Source of the DNA: a virus
Virus record (IMG/VR): IMGVR_UViG_3300035670_000024
Reading direction: 5' to 3' (one strand)
DNA length: 64,000 nucleotides
In this document: positions 1 through 10,377 of the stretch, one piece after another
How the letters are laid out: every line of letters begins with the position of its first letter
Position numbering within the stretch: position 1 is the first letter of the stretch
Translations under genes and position numbers: made by a program
Notes under the pieces: model-generated
What the model was told of the DNA's origin: nothing
Database searches by the model: none
What the model saw: only the letters and a program-made list of their open reading frames with translations

Positions 1-617
1 ATAAGGGTATATTGTATCATATCTTGGAATTTACCCATAAAATCTTCAAACTTTTTGGCAGTATCTTTACCACCAATTTTTTCAAAGACTTTTACAGTAT
101 TATCGTATGCTGAATATCCCCAATCAATAAAAGTAACTAATCCATCTAAGAGTTTTCCACCCCAATCAATAATACCATCCATTACTCCATTGATTATTGG
201 AATCAACTTAGCAAGTGTTGGTAAGTTATCAATTAGACGAACAAAAATAAATCCAAGAACAACATTAGTAATGAAATTAGTCAACCATCCAAATATCCCC
301 AATTTAGGTTTTATTGGAATGATGTTCTTATTTTTTTCTTTTTTTGGTTTTTTCTTTTCTAAATTTTCTTCTTTTTTTCTAAATCTATCAATTTCGCTAG
401 ATCTTATTTTCTTCTTATTTTCATTCTTTTTAAATGTTAAAAAACTTTTTAATAAATCATCAATCTTAATAACTCTTTTTTCAATTTTTAAAACTACATT
501 TGATTCATTTGATTTAATCTTAGTAGTTTTCTTTCCAATATTATTTTTTGCAGAAAAAAATTTATCTGCTTTTATAATTTGATTATTTTTATTAATATTG
601 GAATCTAAAAGTTTCAT
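1..617 (-). CDS. Large virion/baseplate-associated protein, 5' part only (runs off left edge); resembles the N-terminal region of the adjacent 918-aa protein
   Basis: ATG at 617 overlaps the TGA of the upstream gene (ATGA). Open frame MKLLDSNINK...LGIFGWLTNFITNVVLGFIFVRL... continues to the window edge. Same basic coiled-coil plus hydrophobic segment layout as 614..3370. Confidence 0.7.
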   Translation of the reverse strand, partial: MKLLDSNINKNNQIIKADKFFSAKNNIGKKTTKIKSNESNVVLKIEKRVIKIDDLLKSFLTFKKNENKKKIRSSEIDRFRKKEENLEKKKPKKEKNKNIIPIKPKLGIFGWLTNFITNVVLGFIFVRLIDNLPTLAKLIPIINGVMDGIIDWGGKLLDGLVTFIDWGYSAYDNTVKVFEKIGGKDTAKKFEDFMGKFQDMIQYTL

Positions 618-3370
618 GTTACATTAATACCCAATTGTCTTTTTGATTGTGCCAGTGCAGATGAACCGGGAATTGAAGCAGAAACTGGTGGAAGTTTACC
701 CATAGATACATTTCCACTTCCTCCACCATTAGAACTTTTTGGTGGTTGAGTTACCATTGAAGATACTGTAATAGATGGTCTTGATGATGGAGGATTTACT
801 GGGGAATTCCTAGTTTGATTTCTTGACAATTGAGGTAATTTATTTTCATATCCTCCTTTTACAGGATTAAAACTTGAATTCAAATTCATTTGATCATTTT
901 GATCTTTTGGAATTATTTGATCTTTTGGAATTATTTGAATCTTTTTTTCTCCTGGAATAATTTCTTCTCCTTCTTGAACACGAAATGGAGGATAAATTTC
1001 TCCTGGATTTTTGGAAGGAGAAGGAGGAATATACAGATTATCTGGTCCAGATAATTGTTCACCATTTGGACCAATTTTAGATCCACTATTCTTTCCAATT
1101 ATTCCATTAGGGATCATTCTTTGGCTTCTTAAGGCATTATCAACCAGTCTCGCTATTGCTTGTTCCTTTGCCTTTGCAATTTGATCTGGAGTTGGAGGAC
1201 TTATTAATGTGGTTCCATCTCCTTGCTGTCTTTGCTGTTCCATATATTCCCTATAAGTCCTAGGAAATTCCCGTTCAACTAGGGCTCTTGCCCTTCTTCT
1301 CAATTCTTCTATGCTCATTGGACTAAGTTGCCCTCCATCCTGAAACTGGAATAAATTAGGGCCCCACAAACTAGGTAAAGGTTTATTTTTACCTGAAGGT
1401 TTATTTTTACCTGAAGGTTTAGTTGTATTTGAAGTTTGTTTAGAAACTTGAGATACTACATTTGGTGTTGGAGCAGGAGAATTTAATTTTGCATTATAAA
1501 ACCATCCATGAAAATTATAATTCTTTCCTCTTGTAATATCACCCTTATCAGGTTTCATGTAAGGTTTTTGACTTTCACCCATAAAATCAGTTCTACCACC
1601 AACAAAACCTTTTGCATTTTGCTGTAATGCTGGGTTTGTTATAGATTTGACTGCCATATTCAGTTTATCTTTACCAACAGCAGCTTCTGCAGATTTTTGA
1701 TCTTTTATTGCAGAAAAAGCACCAAAATTATCTCTTACTGGTTGATATTGCCATGCACCAGAGGCATCTCTACCCATTATAATTCCACTAATAGATTTCC
1801 CCCCAGGATAAGCACCAGTTGCTGCTCTATTATAAATTGACTGAGCAACATCTGCTTGACCTTGAGGATTTTGAGCATCTTCTTTAGCAGATAGCGCAGC
1901 CAATTTCCAAAATTCTGGAGAATTACTTACTAATCCACCACCGGCACGATGTTGAACATTTTGTACAATTTTAGGTACATTAGTTCCTCCACCAGCAGCA
2001 TTCATGGATTCTAAAGTGTCCACACCATATTTTTGAACAGCACCTTTTGACATTACAAACTCACCATCAGTAAGCATTGCTGGTACTTTGTCAGTTCCTT
2101 TTTTACCAGACACCAATCCTTGGAACATTTTAGGAACCTGTCCCATTCCCATACTCATCAATAGTCCAAGTGGGCCTAATGCCCCCATTCCAACTTTACC
2201 TAAAAGTTTACCAAGATCTGCTAAACCACCCCCAGCGGCATTCAATGTTGAGAATTTTGGTTCATCAGGAACATCAATATTAACAGGATTTAGTGATTGA
2301 GTATCTTCTTTATCATCACCCATTAAGGAATCAATACCTTTATCAATAGCAAATCCTGTTAGTAAAGTTCCTCCAACTGCCAATCCAGTGTTTAATAAAG
2401 CACCTTTCCATCCACCACCTTTTCTTCCTCCAGAAAGTGCTCCTGCTGTCTTTAAACCTTTACCTTTTGCAATAGCAGCAATTAATTTGGCAATGATTTT
2501 TCCAAAACCAATTGCACCTTTAAGAGCAATTTTAACTACTGTTCTTGCTAGTTTACCAAAAGATGTTCCAAAAATAATATAAGCAGCCAACATTGTCGGC
2601 CACCAATCTTTGAAGAACCGAACAATACTACTAATTTTATCTTTGTTTTTTGGATCAGAAAACCAATCAAGAAGTTTTAAAACAACCTTTCCAAGAAAAA
2701 CATTCCACAAAAAATTTAAAATATAATCCCAAATTGATTGGAATGGTGCCATCATTTTTTTGACGGCAGACTTAATTCCATCAAATACTTTGGATTCTAA
2801 AGATTCTTCTCTCTTTTTTCTTCTCGCATTTTCTGCACCTTTCTTTTGCCTTTCACTTTCTTTTTTATTTTCTTTATTTAAATCAGTAAGAGTTTGAATA
2901 ATAGAATCTAATCTTTCTATAATTCTATCTAATGGATCACTTTTCTTAGAAACTTTCTCTGTAATATCTTTTACATTTACAGATTGAACATAATTCTGAT
3001 AGAAAAATTTATCTGCTGTTATTTTTCCTTTTTTAGATTTAACAATTGATCCTGTTTTTGGAGGTGCTCCTCCTCCAGCACCAGTAGGCCCTCCAGATGG
3101 TGGTGGAGGAGAAGAAACTTTTGCTTTTTTCTGATTTATTTTAAATCTACCTTTATCTATTAATTTTTTAATTCTTTTAAGTTCATCTCTTAAAAGTTTG
3201 CTTTCTTCTGCTGGAAGTTTTTTTCCTCCAATCCCATCAATTGCTAACCTATTTAAAATATTTTTAAAATAAGTCTGGTAGTCCATTTCAGTACCAACCT
3301 TCAAATTGAGTAATCTAATAATTACTCCATCAATAGTTTCTTTGTTAATACTTCCTGGATTACCAGCCAT
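614..3370 (-). CDS. Tape-measure-like/baseplate hub virion protein with a cell-wall hydrolase (SleB/Hydrolase_2-like) domain
   Basis: Coiled-coil and hydrophobic segments; GTDKVPAMLTDGEFVM motif typical of tape-measure proteins; hydrolase-like KEDAQNPQGQADVAQSIYNR...QYQPV; located after gp26/gp51. Confidence 0.65.
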   Translation of the reverse strand: MAGNPGSINKETIDGVIIRLLNLKVGTEMDYQTYFKNILNRLAIDGIGGKKLPAEESKLLRDELKRIKKLIDKGRFKINQKKAKVSSPPPPSGGPTGAGGGAPPKTGSIVKSKKGKITADKFFYQNYVQSVNVKDITEKVSKKSDPLDRIIERLDSIIQTLTDLNKENKKESERQKKGAENARRKKREESLESKVFDGIKSAVKKMMAPFQSIWDYILNFLWNVFLGKVVLKLLDWFSDPKNKDKISSIVRFFKDWWPTMLAAYIIFGTSFGKLARTVVKIALKGAIGFGKIIAKLIAAIAKGKGLKTAGALSGGRKGGGWKGALLNTGLAVGGTLLTGFAIDKGIDSLMGDDKEDTQSLNPVNIDVPDEPKFSTLNAAGGGLADLGKLLGKVGMGALGPLGLLMSMGMGQVPKMFQGLVSGKKGTDKVPAMLTDGEFVMSKGAVQKYGVDTLESMNAAGGGTNVPKIVQNVQHRAGGGLVSNSPEFWKLAALSAKEDAQNPQGQADVAQSIYNRAATGAYPGGKSISGIIMGRDASGAWQYQPVRDNFGAFSAIKDQKSAEAAVGKDKLNMAVKSITNPALQQNAKGFVGGRTDFMGESQKPYMKPDKGDITRGKNYNFHGWFYNAKLNSPAPTPNVVSQVSKQTSNTTKPSGKNKPSGKNKPLPSLWGPNLFQFQDGGQLSPMSIEELRRRARALVEREFPRTYREYMEQQRQQGDGTTLISPPTPDQIAKAKEQAIARLVDNALRSQRMIPNGIIGKNSGSKIGPNGEQLSGPDNLYIPPSPSKNPGEIYPPFRVQEGEEIIPGEKKIQIIPKDQIIPKDQNDQMNLNSSFNPVKGGYENKLPQLSRNQTRNSPVNPPSSRPSITVSSMVTQPPKSSNGGGSGNVSMGKLPPVSASIPGSSALAQSKRQLGINVT

Positions 3371-3545
3371 TACTTTGTTGTTGTTTTTGTTTGGTTTCTT
3401 CTTCTTCTAAATGTTGTTTCAAAAGTAGGACATAAACATCCCTTTCCCAAGGCATCATGTTTTCAATCTCAGTTAATGAATATTTATGATATTGCATTAA
3501 CGAAAAGTTTAGACGAAAATAATTTTCAAGATCCATATGGATCAT
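3360..3545 (-). CDS. gp51: Baseplate hub assembly protein gp51-like
   Basis: NFSLMQYHKYSLTEIENMMPWERDVYV motif; synteny with gp26. Confidence 0.8.
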   Translation of the reverse strand: MIHMDLENYFRLNFSLMQYHKYSLTEIENMMPWERDVYVLLLKQHLEEEETKQKQQQSNGW

Positions 3546-3547
3546 TG

Positions 3548-4267
3548 CTAGACGAAAAAACTGGATAACCCTTCTATAACTACTTCACTTTCAACATCAG
3601 TGTTTGGATTCTTCACTTTAATAGTGTGAGATAATTTAGGCATGGTTTCAAAGAATTTTTCAATTTGCTTAAATTGACTGGTATTCATTTGATCCAAAAA
3701 TTCCATCAATTCCTTTTTAGTCACATCAGCAGTTGCCCATACTTCTTCCTCATTGTAAATTTTATCAACACAAGAAGCAATGAGATCAAATGATTGATCT
3801 AATGCATTGTTATTTGAAATATCAAAATTACTCTTGATAAATTGATCCAATGAAGGATATTTCATTTCCATCATTAAACTATCATCAAGTTTAATCTTGT
3901 TATCATGATCATCATTTTTTCTAACTTTAATGTCATCAACATTAATTTTTACAGATACATTAGTTTCATTGTCATCTGGACAAATTATGTTGACTTCAAT
4001 TTCTTCTCCAACTGATTTGGCACGAATATTTAAAAATAGATACTCAATGTCAAAAGTAGGAAGTGTTTCTACTTTAATTCCTTTTGTTTCTATGCAATTT
4101 TTAATCACAGTTTTAATCGCATTAGTAATCTGTTTTGTATCTTCTGATTCTAATGCAATGACTAAAAGTTTTTCTTCTTTTACTAGGAATGGTCTATACT
4201 TTATAGTTTCTCCTGTTGATGGCAATTCCAACTCATATGTTGGGGTAGCAATTTTAGGTAAAGGCAT
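3548..4267 (-). CDS. gp26: Baseplate hub subunit gp26
   Basis: MPLPKIATPTYELELPSTG..IKYRPFLVKEEK; FDIEYLFLNIRAKSVGE. Confidence 0.9.
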   Translation of the reverse strand: MPLPKIATPTYELELPSTGETIKYRPFLVKEEKLLVIALESEDTKQITNAIKTVIKNCIETKGIKVETLPTFDIEYLFLNIRAKSVGEEIEVNIICPDDNETNVSVKINVDDIKVRKNDDHDNKIKLDDSLMMEMKYPSLDQFIKSNFDISNNNALDQSFDLIASCVDKIYNEEEVWATADVTKKELMEFLDQMNTSQFKQIEKFFETMPKLSHTIKVKNPNTDVESEVVIEGLSSFFV

Positions 4268-4295
4268 AATCTCCTTATAATAAACTCAGATACTT

Positions 4296-4303
4296 TATTT
4301 ATA
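4296..4303 (-). promoter_or_regulatory. T4-type late promoter (TATAAATA) upstream of gp26
   Basis: Exact TATAAATA on the minus strand about 30 nt before the gp26 ATG. Confidence 0.75.
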
Positions 4304-4306
4304 GGG

Positions 4307-5248
4307 TTAAAATAGAGGTGTTGGATTTCTTAGATTTGAACTATTCCAAGGGCGAGGTTGTCTAGTTCCACCATTTGTACCATCACCACCTAAATATGAA
4401 CTATTCCAAAGGCGAGGTTCTCTAGTTGGATTTGGAGTATTAAGTTGAGTATTTGCAGATTGATTAAGAGTATTTGGAGATTGGTTTCTAAGAAGTTGAG
4501 AATTAAAATTAGCTTGTTGTTGTGGATTTAATGGAGCATTTGGTGTTGGAACTCCTGGTGGAGTAGATTGTCTTGGTTCTGTATTAGGAACAGAAGTTGT
4601 GGGGGGAGTAGAAGGAGTATTGGGTACTTGAGTACCACTAATCCAATAGCGGGTATATGCAAAAGAAACAGTACATTTTAACAATTGAGAACTATCATAA
4701 GAAACTTGCATTGAGTTTATACTAATTGGAAATGCATTCACAAAATTATATGTGAGTTGTGGACTAGGGATACTTCTCTCAAACTTAGTAATTGAAATGC
4801 CCTCTCTTGTAATATAAGTATCAGGATAACTAACTCTATAAAAATAATTTTTATCTCTTATATTTTCATATTGTTCATTAGCAGCAAGTCCCATCCATGC
4901 CTCAAATAATCTTATTACATAATATTCTCTAGCATCCACATAAAAACTAAAATCTGCCCTATCATCATATAAACGACGATATACATGTTTTTCGGAAACT
5001 CCAGTAAAATCATTATTAATGTCATGAGTTGCCAATGTTGATCCTGGTAAAGAAGCTTCAAAACAAGCAAGTGATACAAAATCAGATGTTTTCAATGGAT
5101 TTATCTGTAATCTTGAATTTATAAACCCACTATCTGATCCTCCAGGAATCTTAAAATTACAAAGATAATGAGAAGTAAGAGCAGGTCTTAATAATTTTTC
5201 TCTTATACCTCTAACATTTATGCCATTTGATGATGCTACACTAGACAT
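4307..5248 (-). CDS. Tail-tube-fold baseplate protein (gp54/gp19-like) with Pro/Asn/Thr-rich C-tail
   Basis: SLPGS...Y.F.NAFPISINSMQVSYDSSQLLKCTVSFAY is tail-tube-like; conserved position between gp26 and gp4. Confidence 0.65.
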   Translation of the reverse strand: MSSVASSNGINVRGIREKLLRPALTSHYLCNFKIPGGSDSGFINSRLQINPLKTSDFVSLACFEASLPGSTLATHDINNDFTGVSEKHVYRRLYDDRADFSFYVDAREYYVIRLFEAWMGLAANEQYENIRDKNYFYRVSYPDTYITREGISITKFERSIPSPQLTYNFVNAFPISINSMQVSYDSSQLLKCTVSFAYTRYWISGTQVPNTPSTPPTTSVPNTEPRQSTPPGVPTPNAPLNPQQQANFNSQLLRNQSPNTLNQSANTQLNTPNPTREPRLWNSSYLGGDGTNGGTRQPRPWNSSNLRNPTPLF

Positions 5249-5280
5249 CTAACTAAATATTCGTTGATTATAAAATATTT

Positions 5281-5730
5281 ATGGCGAAAGAAGGGAAATA
5301 TCATCAAGGAAGATTTCGCCCAAGAAATCCAGAAAAATATAAAGGAGATGTAAACAATATTATTTACAGATCTTCTTGGGAATTAAAGTTTCTTCAATGG
5401 TGTGATCGTAATGAGAATATTTTAGAATATGGATCTGAAGAATTTTTTATTCCATACTTTGATCATACTACTGGAAAAATTAGAAGGTATTTTCCAGATG
5501 CTTATGTAAAAGTTAAAGAATCTAGTGGAAATATTAAAAAATATATTATTGAAATTAAACCACTTCGTCAAACAAAACCACCAGTTCCAGGTAAAAAGAA
5601 AAAGCAAACTTTAATTACCGAAGCACTTACCTACGAAAAAAATTGTGCAAAATGGAAAGCGGCTGAAGAATGGTGTAAAGATAGAATGATGGAATTCAAA
5701 ATTATCACAGAACGAGAATTACAGTTATAA
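5281..5730 (+). CDS. gp4: Head completion nuclease gp4
   Basis: PRNPEKYKGDVNNIIYRSSWE, RRYFPD, IEIKP (TnsA-like nuclease motifs). Confidence 0.9.
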   Translation: MAKEGKYHQGRFRPRNPEKYKGDVNNIIYRSSWELKFLQWCDRNENILEYGSEEFFIPYFDHTTGKIRRYFPDAYVKVKESSGNIKKYIIEIKPLRQTKPPVPGKKKKQTLITEALTYEKNCAKWKAAEEWCKDRMMEFKIITERELQL

Positions 5731-5733
5731 ATA
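5726..5733 (+). promoter_or_regulatory. T4-type late promoter upstream of gp48
   Basis: Exact TATAAATA overlapping the gp4 stop codon. Confidence 0.7.
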
Positions 5734-5815
5734 AAGAATAAAGAACTTCTATTTTAATGTTGGATAAAAAGAAAACAACTTGGATTCTTACATTCTCGGT
5801 TAGGAGGGAGTTCTA

Positions 5816-7282
5816 ATGGCAGAAAGAAGAAATTCACCAATAATAACAGTAAAACAACCTTATAGAACTAGTGATGGTACACTTCTATATCTTGGAACCT
5901 CCACAGAAGTTCAAAGAGATGCAAATGGAAAGTATGTACCTGGAAGTGCTGTAACTAGTTTAAGATTATATGATACAACATTTTCTCCTCTTGGAACTGA
6001 TTTTAAAACAGTAGCAACAAGAAAAGCAGGAGAACCTTGGACATTTACTCAAGGTGCAGATGGAAAACCTATTGCTGGATCAGACTTACAAAAAACTTTA
6101 TCAAATCAAAATTCATTATTAAACAAAAATTTAAATAATAATATTACTACTGCACTGGGAGCTCCTTTACAAGGTGTTCCTGCAGGAGAAGTAAATAAGA
6201 ATACAAAACAAGATGCTAACAAAGCAACAGGTCTGAATCAAAATACTGCAAAAAATGAAGAAAACACCGGAAATGCATCCAATACTTCTACTGCAGGAGC
6301 TGGATCAACAGATCCAAAAGTAACACAACAACAATTAAATAATTTAGTAATTGGTAGATCTGATATAAGAAAACCAACTGAATATCAAAATTTAGTATAT
6401 CCAACAGATCTAGAATCAAGCAGACAAGATATCATTCAATTTACAATGAGTGAATATGTGCCAAAACAATTAAATACAAATGTAGTACAACAATTGGAAA
6501 GTGGAATATCTCAAGAATCTTTCCTTGGAGATAGATCTAAATCTATACGAGCAGGTCAAGCAAAAGTATCTGGAGGAAGAGTAACTTTACCAATTCAACC
6601 TACAATTTCAGATTCAAATGCAGTAGTTTGGAATGATCAAACAATTAATCCATTTCAAGCAGCTGTAGGTTCTTTTGCATCCAGTCTTATTGAAGGAAAT
6701 ACTAATCTTGAAGGTTCATCAGATTCTAAAACAAACCAAGATCAGCAATCTCGTAATGCTCTTAGAGAATTTATAGGAAAATATCTTGCTGGAGAAGCTG
6801 CAGGAGGAGAAGGTCAACAACTTTTTACAAGAACAACTGGAGCAGTTCTTAATCCAAACTTAGAACTTCTTTTCACTGGGCCATCTCTTCGTTCATTTAA
6901 TTTCACATTTACTATGTCAGCAAGAGAACAAAGCGAAGCAGTAACAATAAAACAAATTATAAGATTTTTTAAACAAGGAATGTCTGTTAAAAGAGCAGAG
7001 TCTTCATTGTTTTTAAAAACTCCACATGTTTTTGATATTAAATATGTTTACAGAGGAAATGGACAAAATGAAGTTCATCCTTGGTTGAATACTTTTAAAA
7101 CATGTGCTTTAACAAATTGTAGTGTCAATTATACACCAGCAGGAAGTTATGCAACATTTACTGATGGTGCAATGACGCAATATGATCTCAGTTTAACATT
7201 CACAGAACTTGAACCAATCTATGATGATGATTATACTCGTAATGTTCCAAATGGAAATGCTGATACTCACATAGGTTACTAA
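5816..7282 (+). CDS. gp48: Baseplate tail-tube cap gp48
   Basis: LNPNLELLFTGPSLRSFNFTF; CALTNCSVNYTP; LTFTELEPIY. Confidence 0.85.
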   Translation: MAERRNSPIITVKQPYRTSDGTLLYLGTSTEVQRDANGKYVPGSAVTSLRLYDTTFSPLGTDFKTVATRKAGEPWTFTQGADGKPIAGSDLQKTLSNQNSLLNKNLNNNITTALGAPLQGVPAGEVNKNTKQDANKATGLNQNTAKNEENTGNASNTSTAGAGSTDPKVTQQQLNNLVIGRSDIRKPTEYQNLVYPTDLESSRQDIIQFTMSEYVPKQLNTNVVQQLESGISQESFLGDRSKSIRAGQAKVSGGRVTLPIQPTISDSNAVVWNDQTINPFQAAVGSFASSLIEGNTNLEGSSDSKTNQDQQSRNALREFIGKYLAGEAAGGEGQQLFTRTTGAVLNPNLELLFTGPSLRSFNFTFTMSAREQSEAVTIKQIIRFFKQGMSVKRAESSLFLKTPHVFDIKYVYRGNGQNEVHPWLNTFKTCALTNCSVNYTPAGSYATFTDGAMTQYDLSLTFTELEPIYDDDYTRNVPNGNADTHIGY

Positions 7283-7284
7283 AA

Positions 7285-8409
7285 ATGTCAAATTATTTCA
7301 GAAGAGTTCCAAATTTTGAATACATTTCCAGGAATCCAAATGAAAAAAATATTTCTGATTATGTTCCTGTAAAAAATCTTTTTAAAAGAGGAAAGTTAAG
7401 AGAAGATATTTTTGGTAATTTAGCATTCTTTGAAAAATACTCAATTATTGGTGATGAAAGACCAGATAATGTTGCATTCAAAGTTTATGGAGATGAAAGT
7501 TTAGATTGGGTTGTTCTCATTTCAAATAATATTCTCAATATCTACAGTGAATGGCCTATGACTCAAAGAACCTTTGAAAAAGTCATGTTAGAAAAATATG
7601 GTTCTTATGAGAATTTTTATGCAGGTATTCACCATTATGAAACTGAAGAAATTAAAAATTCATCTGGGGTCATTGTTTTAAAAGAAGGATTGGAAATTAA
7701 TCCAACCTGGGAAACAAATGGAAATTTTATTAAATCAATAAACTCCAAAATTACAAGTATAACTGTTACCGGAAAAACTGTAAGAGTTGGTATAAAAGAT
7801 AATATTCCTGGAATGTTTGTCAATAGTCAAGTAGTTATTGATGGAATATCTGTAAGAGACTATAATGGAAAATTCTTAGTAACCTCAGTGTTTGATAAAG
7901 AATTTACTTATGAACTTACATCAGAACCAAGAAATTCAAATCCAACACTAATAGATCCTAAAGTTTTACTTATAATAAATGATGACCCATCTAAATTAAT
8001 TGGAGTTATATCAGATCCATCAGATCAACTGTTACAAGATGAATTTCCCAATGCAATATCCGGAGATATAATAACTGATTCAGAAACTGGAGAAATATGG
8101 ATTTATAATGGATACAGTTGGGTAGAAGAATCTACGATTAAAAGTTTATATGCATATTATTATGAATACTATGATTCTGATTTAGGACAATTAGTGCAAG
8201 TTCCTTCAATAAACTTTATTAGAGAAGTAACAAACTTTGAATATGAAAATCAAATTGAAGAAGAAAAGAGAAATATTTTTATTCTTAAACCAAGATATTT
8301 AAATATAGTCTTTGATGATATAGAAGATATCATGACATACAAAACAGGTGGGGATCAGTATGTGAACCCCACCTTAAAGAGAGCAGATAATATTAGATTA
8401 TATTACTGA
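7285..8409 (+). CDS. gp53: Baseplate wedge protein gp53 with internal extra domain
   Basis: Y.I.GDERPDNVAFKVYGD..LDWVVLISNNI (LysM-like); HHYET; VTNFEYE..IEEEKRNIFILKP. Confidence 0.85.
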   Translation: MSNYFRRVPNFEYISRNPNEKNISDYVPVKNLFKRGKLREDIFGNLAFFEKYSIIGDERPDNVAFKVYGDESLDWVVLISNNILNIYSEWPMTQRTFEKVMLEKYGSYENFYAGIHHYETEEIKNSSGVIVLKEGLEINPTWETNGNFIKSINSKITSITVTGKTVRVGIKDNIPGMFVNSQVVIDGISVRDYNGKFLVTSVFDKEFTYELTSEPRNSNPTLIDPKVLLIINDDPSKLIGVISDPSDQLLQDEFPNAISGDIITDSETGEIWIYNGYSWVEESTIKSLYAYYYEYYDSDLGQLVQVPSINFIREVTNFEYENQIEEEKRNIFILKPRYLNIVFDDIEDIMTYKTGGDQYVNPTLKRADNIRLYY

Positions 8410-9378
8410 TCATTCACCTGCAAGTTTCTGAAAATAAGAAAGAGCATCATCGTCTTCATCATCGCTAGATGATAGACTATTTAACTGTGCCTTAAGATCA
8501 TCAGGAACTGGAGGGGCAGACTTACTCTTACGATAAGATGCTTCAAGTTCTTCCATCACATTCTCTTCAACAGTTCTCTGGGGAGAATAAGACTCATACT
8601 GATCTTCTTCGTCAGCGGTAGATGCTCTAGGAGCAACTTTACCAATACCAAGAACTGAATTTAGACGCTTCTCAAGATCATCATAAGACTTGAATTGATC
8701 TGGTGCAACGATTGCAGACAGTGAGTATTCTTTCTTCCAAATTGCTTCTAGAGCATCGTCATCATCAAGAAGTGCTTCAGGAGAATCAAACTCAGACTTA
8801 TCGTAATTCCAATATCCTTCTACCTTACGAATCTTCAGGCGGAAGTTAGCACCTTGCCAGAAATCAAAAGGATTGATGGGTGCTTCATCTTCAAATTCTG
8901 GTTGCATTGCATTCAGAATCTTATCAAAGATCTTCTTACCAAACTTAAAGAGAAATACCTTACCTTCGTTTTCAGGATTTGCAGGATCCTTGATTACATA
9001 GATGTTGGAATAATAAGATAGTTTGCGCTTACGCTGGCGAACAATATCTTTATCCCGATCATTACCTGAGTTCCAAAGTTCACTGTTGGCGGCGCATACA
9101 GGACACTTTTGACCTAGTGTAGTGAGGCAGTTGTCAATCAACCAACCACCGCTACCTTGGAAAGCATGATTATACATCTTTACCCAAGGAAGATCTTCAC
9201 CTTCGGGTGCAGGGAGGAAGCGAATAACTGCAGAACCTACATCTCCTTTACCCATGGTAGGTTTCCAGAATCGCTCATCTGCTCCTCCAGATGTACTGCT
9301 CATTTTTTCTACTTCTTTTACCAGTTTGTCGGTAAGAGAACCAAGTTTTGATTGTTTTTTTAGAGATTCAAATGACAT
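8410..9378 (-). CDS. gp32: Single-stranded DNA-binding protein gp32
   Basis: DERFWKP, AVIRFLPAP, NCLTTLGQKCPVC, GKKIFDKI, acidic tail DDALSYFQKLA. Confidence 0.95.
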   Translation of the reverse strand: MSFESLKKQSKLGSLTDKLVKEVEKMSSTSGGADERFWKPTMGKGDVGSAVIRFLPAPEGEDLPWVKMYNHAFQGSGGWLIDNCLTTLGQKCPVCAANSELWNSGNDRDKDIVRQRKRKLSYYSNIYVIKDPANPENEGKVFLFKFGKKIFDKILNAMQPEFEDEAPINPFDFWQGANFRLKIRKVEGYWNYDKSEFDSPEALLDDDDALEAIWKKEYSLSAIVAPDQFKSYDDLEKRLNSVLGIGKVAPRASTADEEDQYESYSPQRTVEENVMEELEASYRKSKSAPPVPDDLKAQLNSLSSSDDEDDDALSYFQKLAGE

Positions 9379-9442
9379 GTTAGTTAAGTACGGATTTGGC
9401 CTTTGCGATTTAGCTTAAGGGATCATCCAGCCCATAATTATA

Positions 9443-9796
9443 TTATTCTAATTCATCAGAAATGTCAAGTTCTTGTTTCATCATCTCAACTAACTTAGAC
9501 ATATTATTGAATATAACATTCATATCAACATTAGGTGGCATTCCCATAAGTTGAGCAGATTCCATGATCCTTTCTTTCATTTCAATTGCTTCAGGATCAT
9601 CAGATAAACTTAAACGAGTATAAAGAATCTTTTGCTTATTTAAAAGTTTTTCAAGAAGAGAAACATGAAATTTTTTCTCTTCCATTGACATCATAGGAAA
9701 AGAAAAGACATTTCGGTAAATGTCATCCTGCAGCATAGAGATTTCTGTCATCTCTGCACGAACTAGATCAGAGTTAAAGAAACTCACAACACACAC
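9443..9796 (-). CDS. Conserved cyanophage protein (DUF1825-like)
   Basis: SFFNSDLVRAE...KQKILYTRLSLSDDPEA. Confidence 0.7.
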   Translation of the reverse strand: MCVVSFFNSDLVRAEMTEISMLQDDIYRNVFSFPMMSMEEKKFHVSLLEKLLNKQKILYTRLSLSDDPEAIEMKERIMESAQLMGMPPNVDMNVIFNNMSKLVEMMKQELDISDELE

Positions 9797-10377
9797 TCCT
9801 TTAAAATTAATTTAAATTTACTATTATCAATATGTAGGAATGGGGCATATTTTTCAATCTTCATTGATACGAATTCCCACACAGGATCTTGAAGTTTTTT
9901 ATCAAACTGCTTTTTATACCCAAGTATGTTATTCAAGATTATCATTGTTTCTAATGATAACTTACTTTGTAAGTATTCTTTTAAAATTTTAGGATGCTTA
10001 TTTCCTTCAATTTTAAACATCTCATCAAAGTTTTTTGAATTTAAAATACTAACTTCTTCTTTAAAAAGATATGAAAGTGATTGTGTTTTACGCATCCAAT
10101 TCTTATAATTATTCTCTCCTTCTTTGATAATCTCACCAATCCACAACGACTGAGGATCATCGCAAGAAGCAAAATTGGACACAAAAAAATTAACTATTTC
10201 TTCATCACTTTTTTGACGAGACATTTTCTCAAAATAAAATCTATCTTTGCGCTTATAGAAAGATTGAATATTTGCCTTTACCTTTCCGTTGTAAGTAAAG
10301 TAATTATATTTTTTATTTGTAAAATGATTCTTTAGAGAAAGGTAAGTAGTATATGCTTGATAAGGTTCCAATTTCAA
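9784..10377 (-). CDS. gp59: Helicase loader gp59
   Basis: YLSLKNHFT...Y.YF.Y.GK; F.KRKDRFYFEK. Confidence 0.85.
   Translation of the reverse strand: MKLEPYQAYTTYLSLKNHFTNKKYNYFTYNGKVKANIQSFYKRKDRFYFEKMSRQKSDEEIVNFFVSNFASCDDPQSLWIGEIIKEGENNYKNWMRKTQSLSYLFKEEVSILNSKNFDEMFKIEGNKHPKILKEYLQSKLSLETMIILNNILGYKKQFDKKLQDPVWEFVSMKIEKYAPFLHIDNSKFKLILKECVL

Noticed and set aside
55-582. 175-aa plus-strand ORF
   Set aside because: Phe/Leu-rich antisense shadow of the real minus-strand gene starting at 617.
5741-5815. AGAACTTCT/GGGAGTTCT pairing over the gp48 RBS
   Set aside because: Single short long-range helix in AT-rich sequence; not enough support without homologs.
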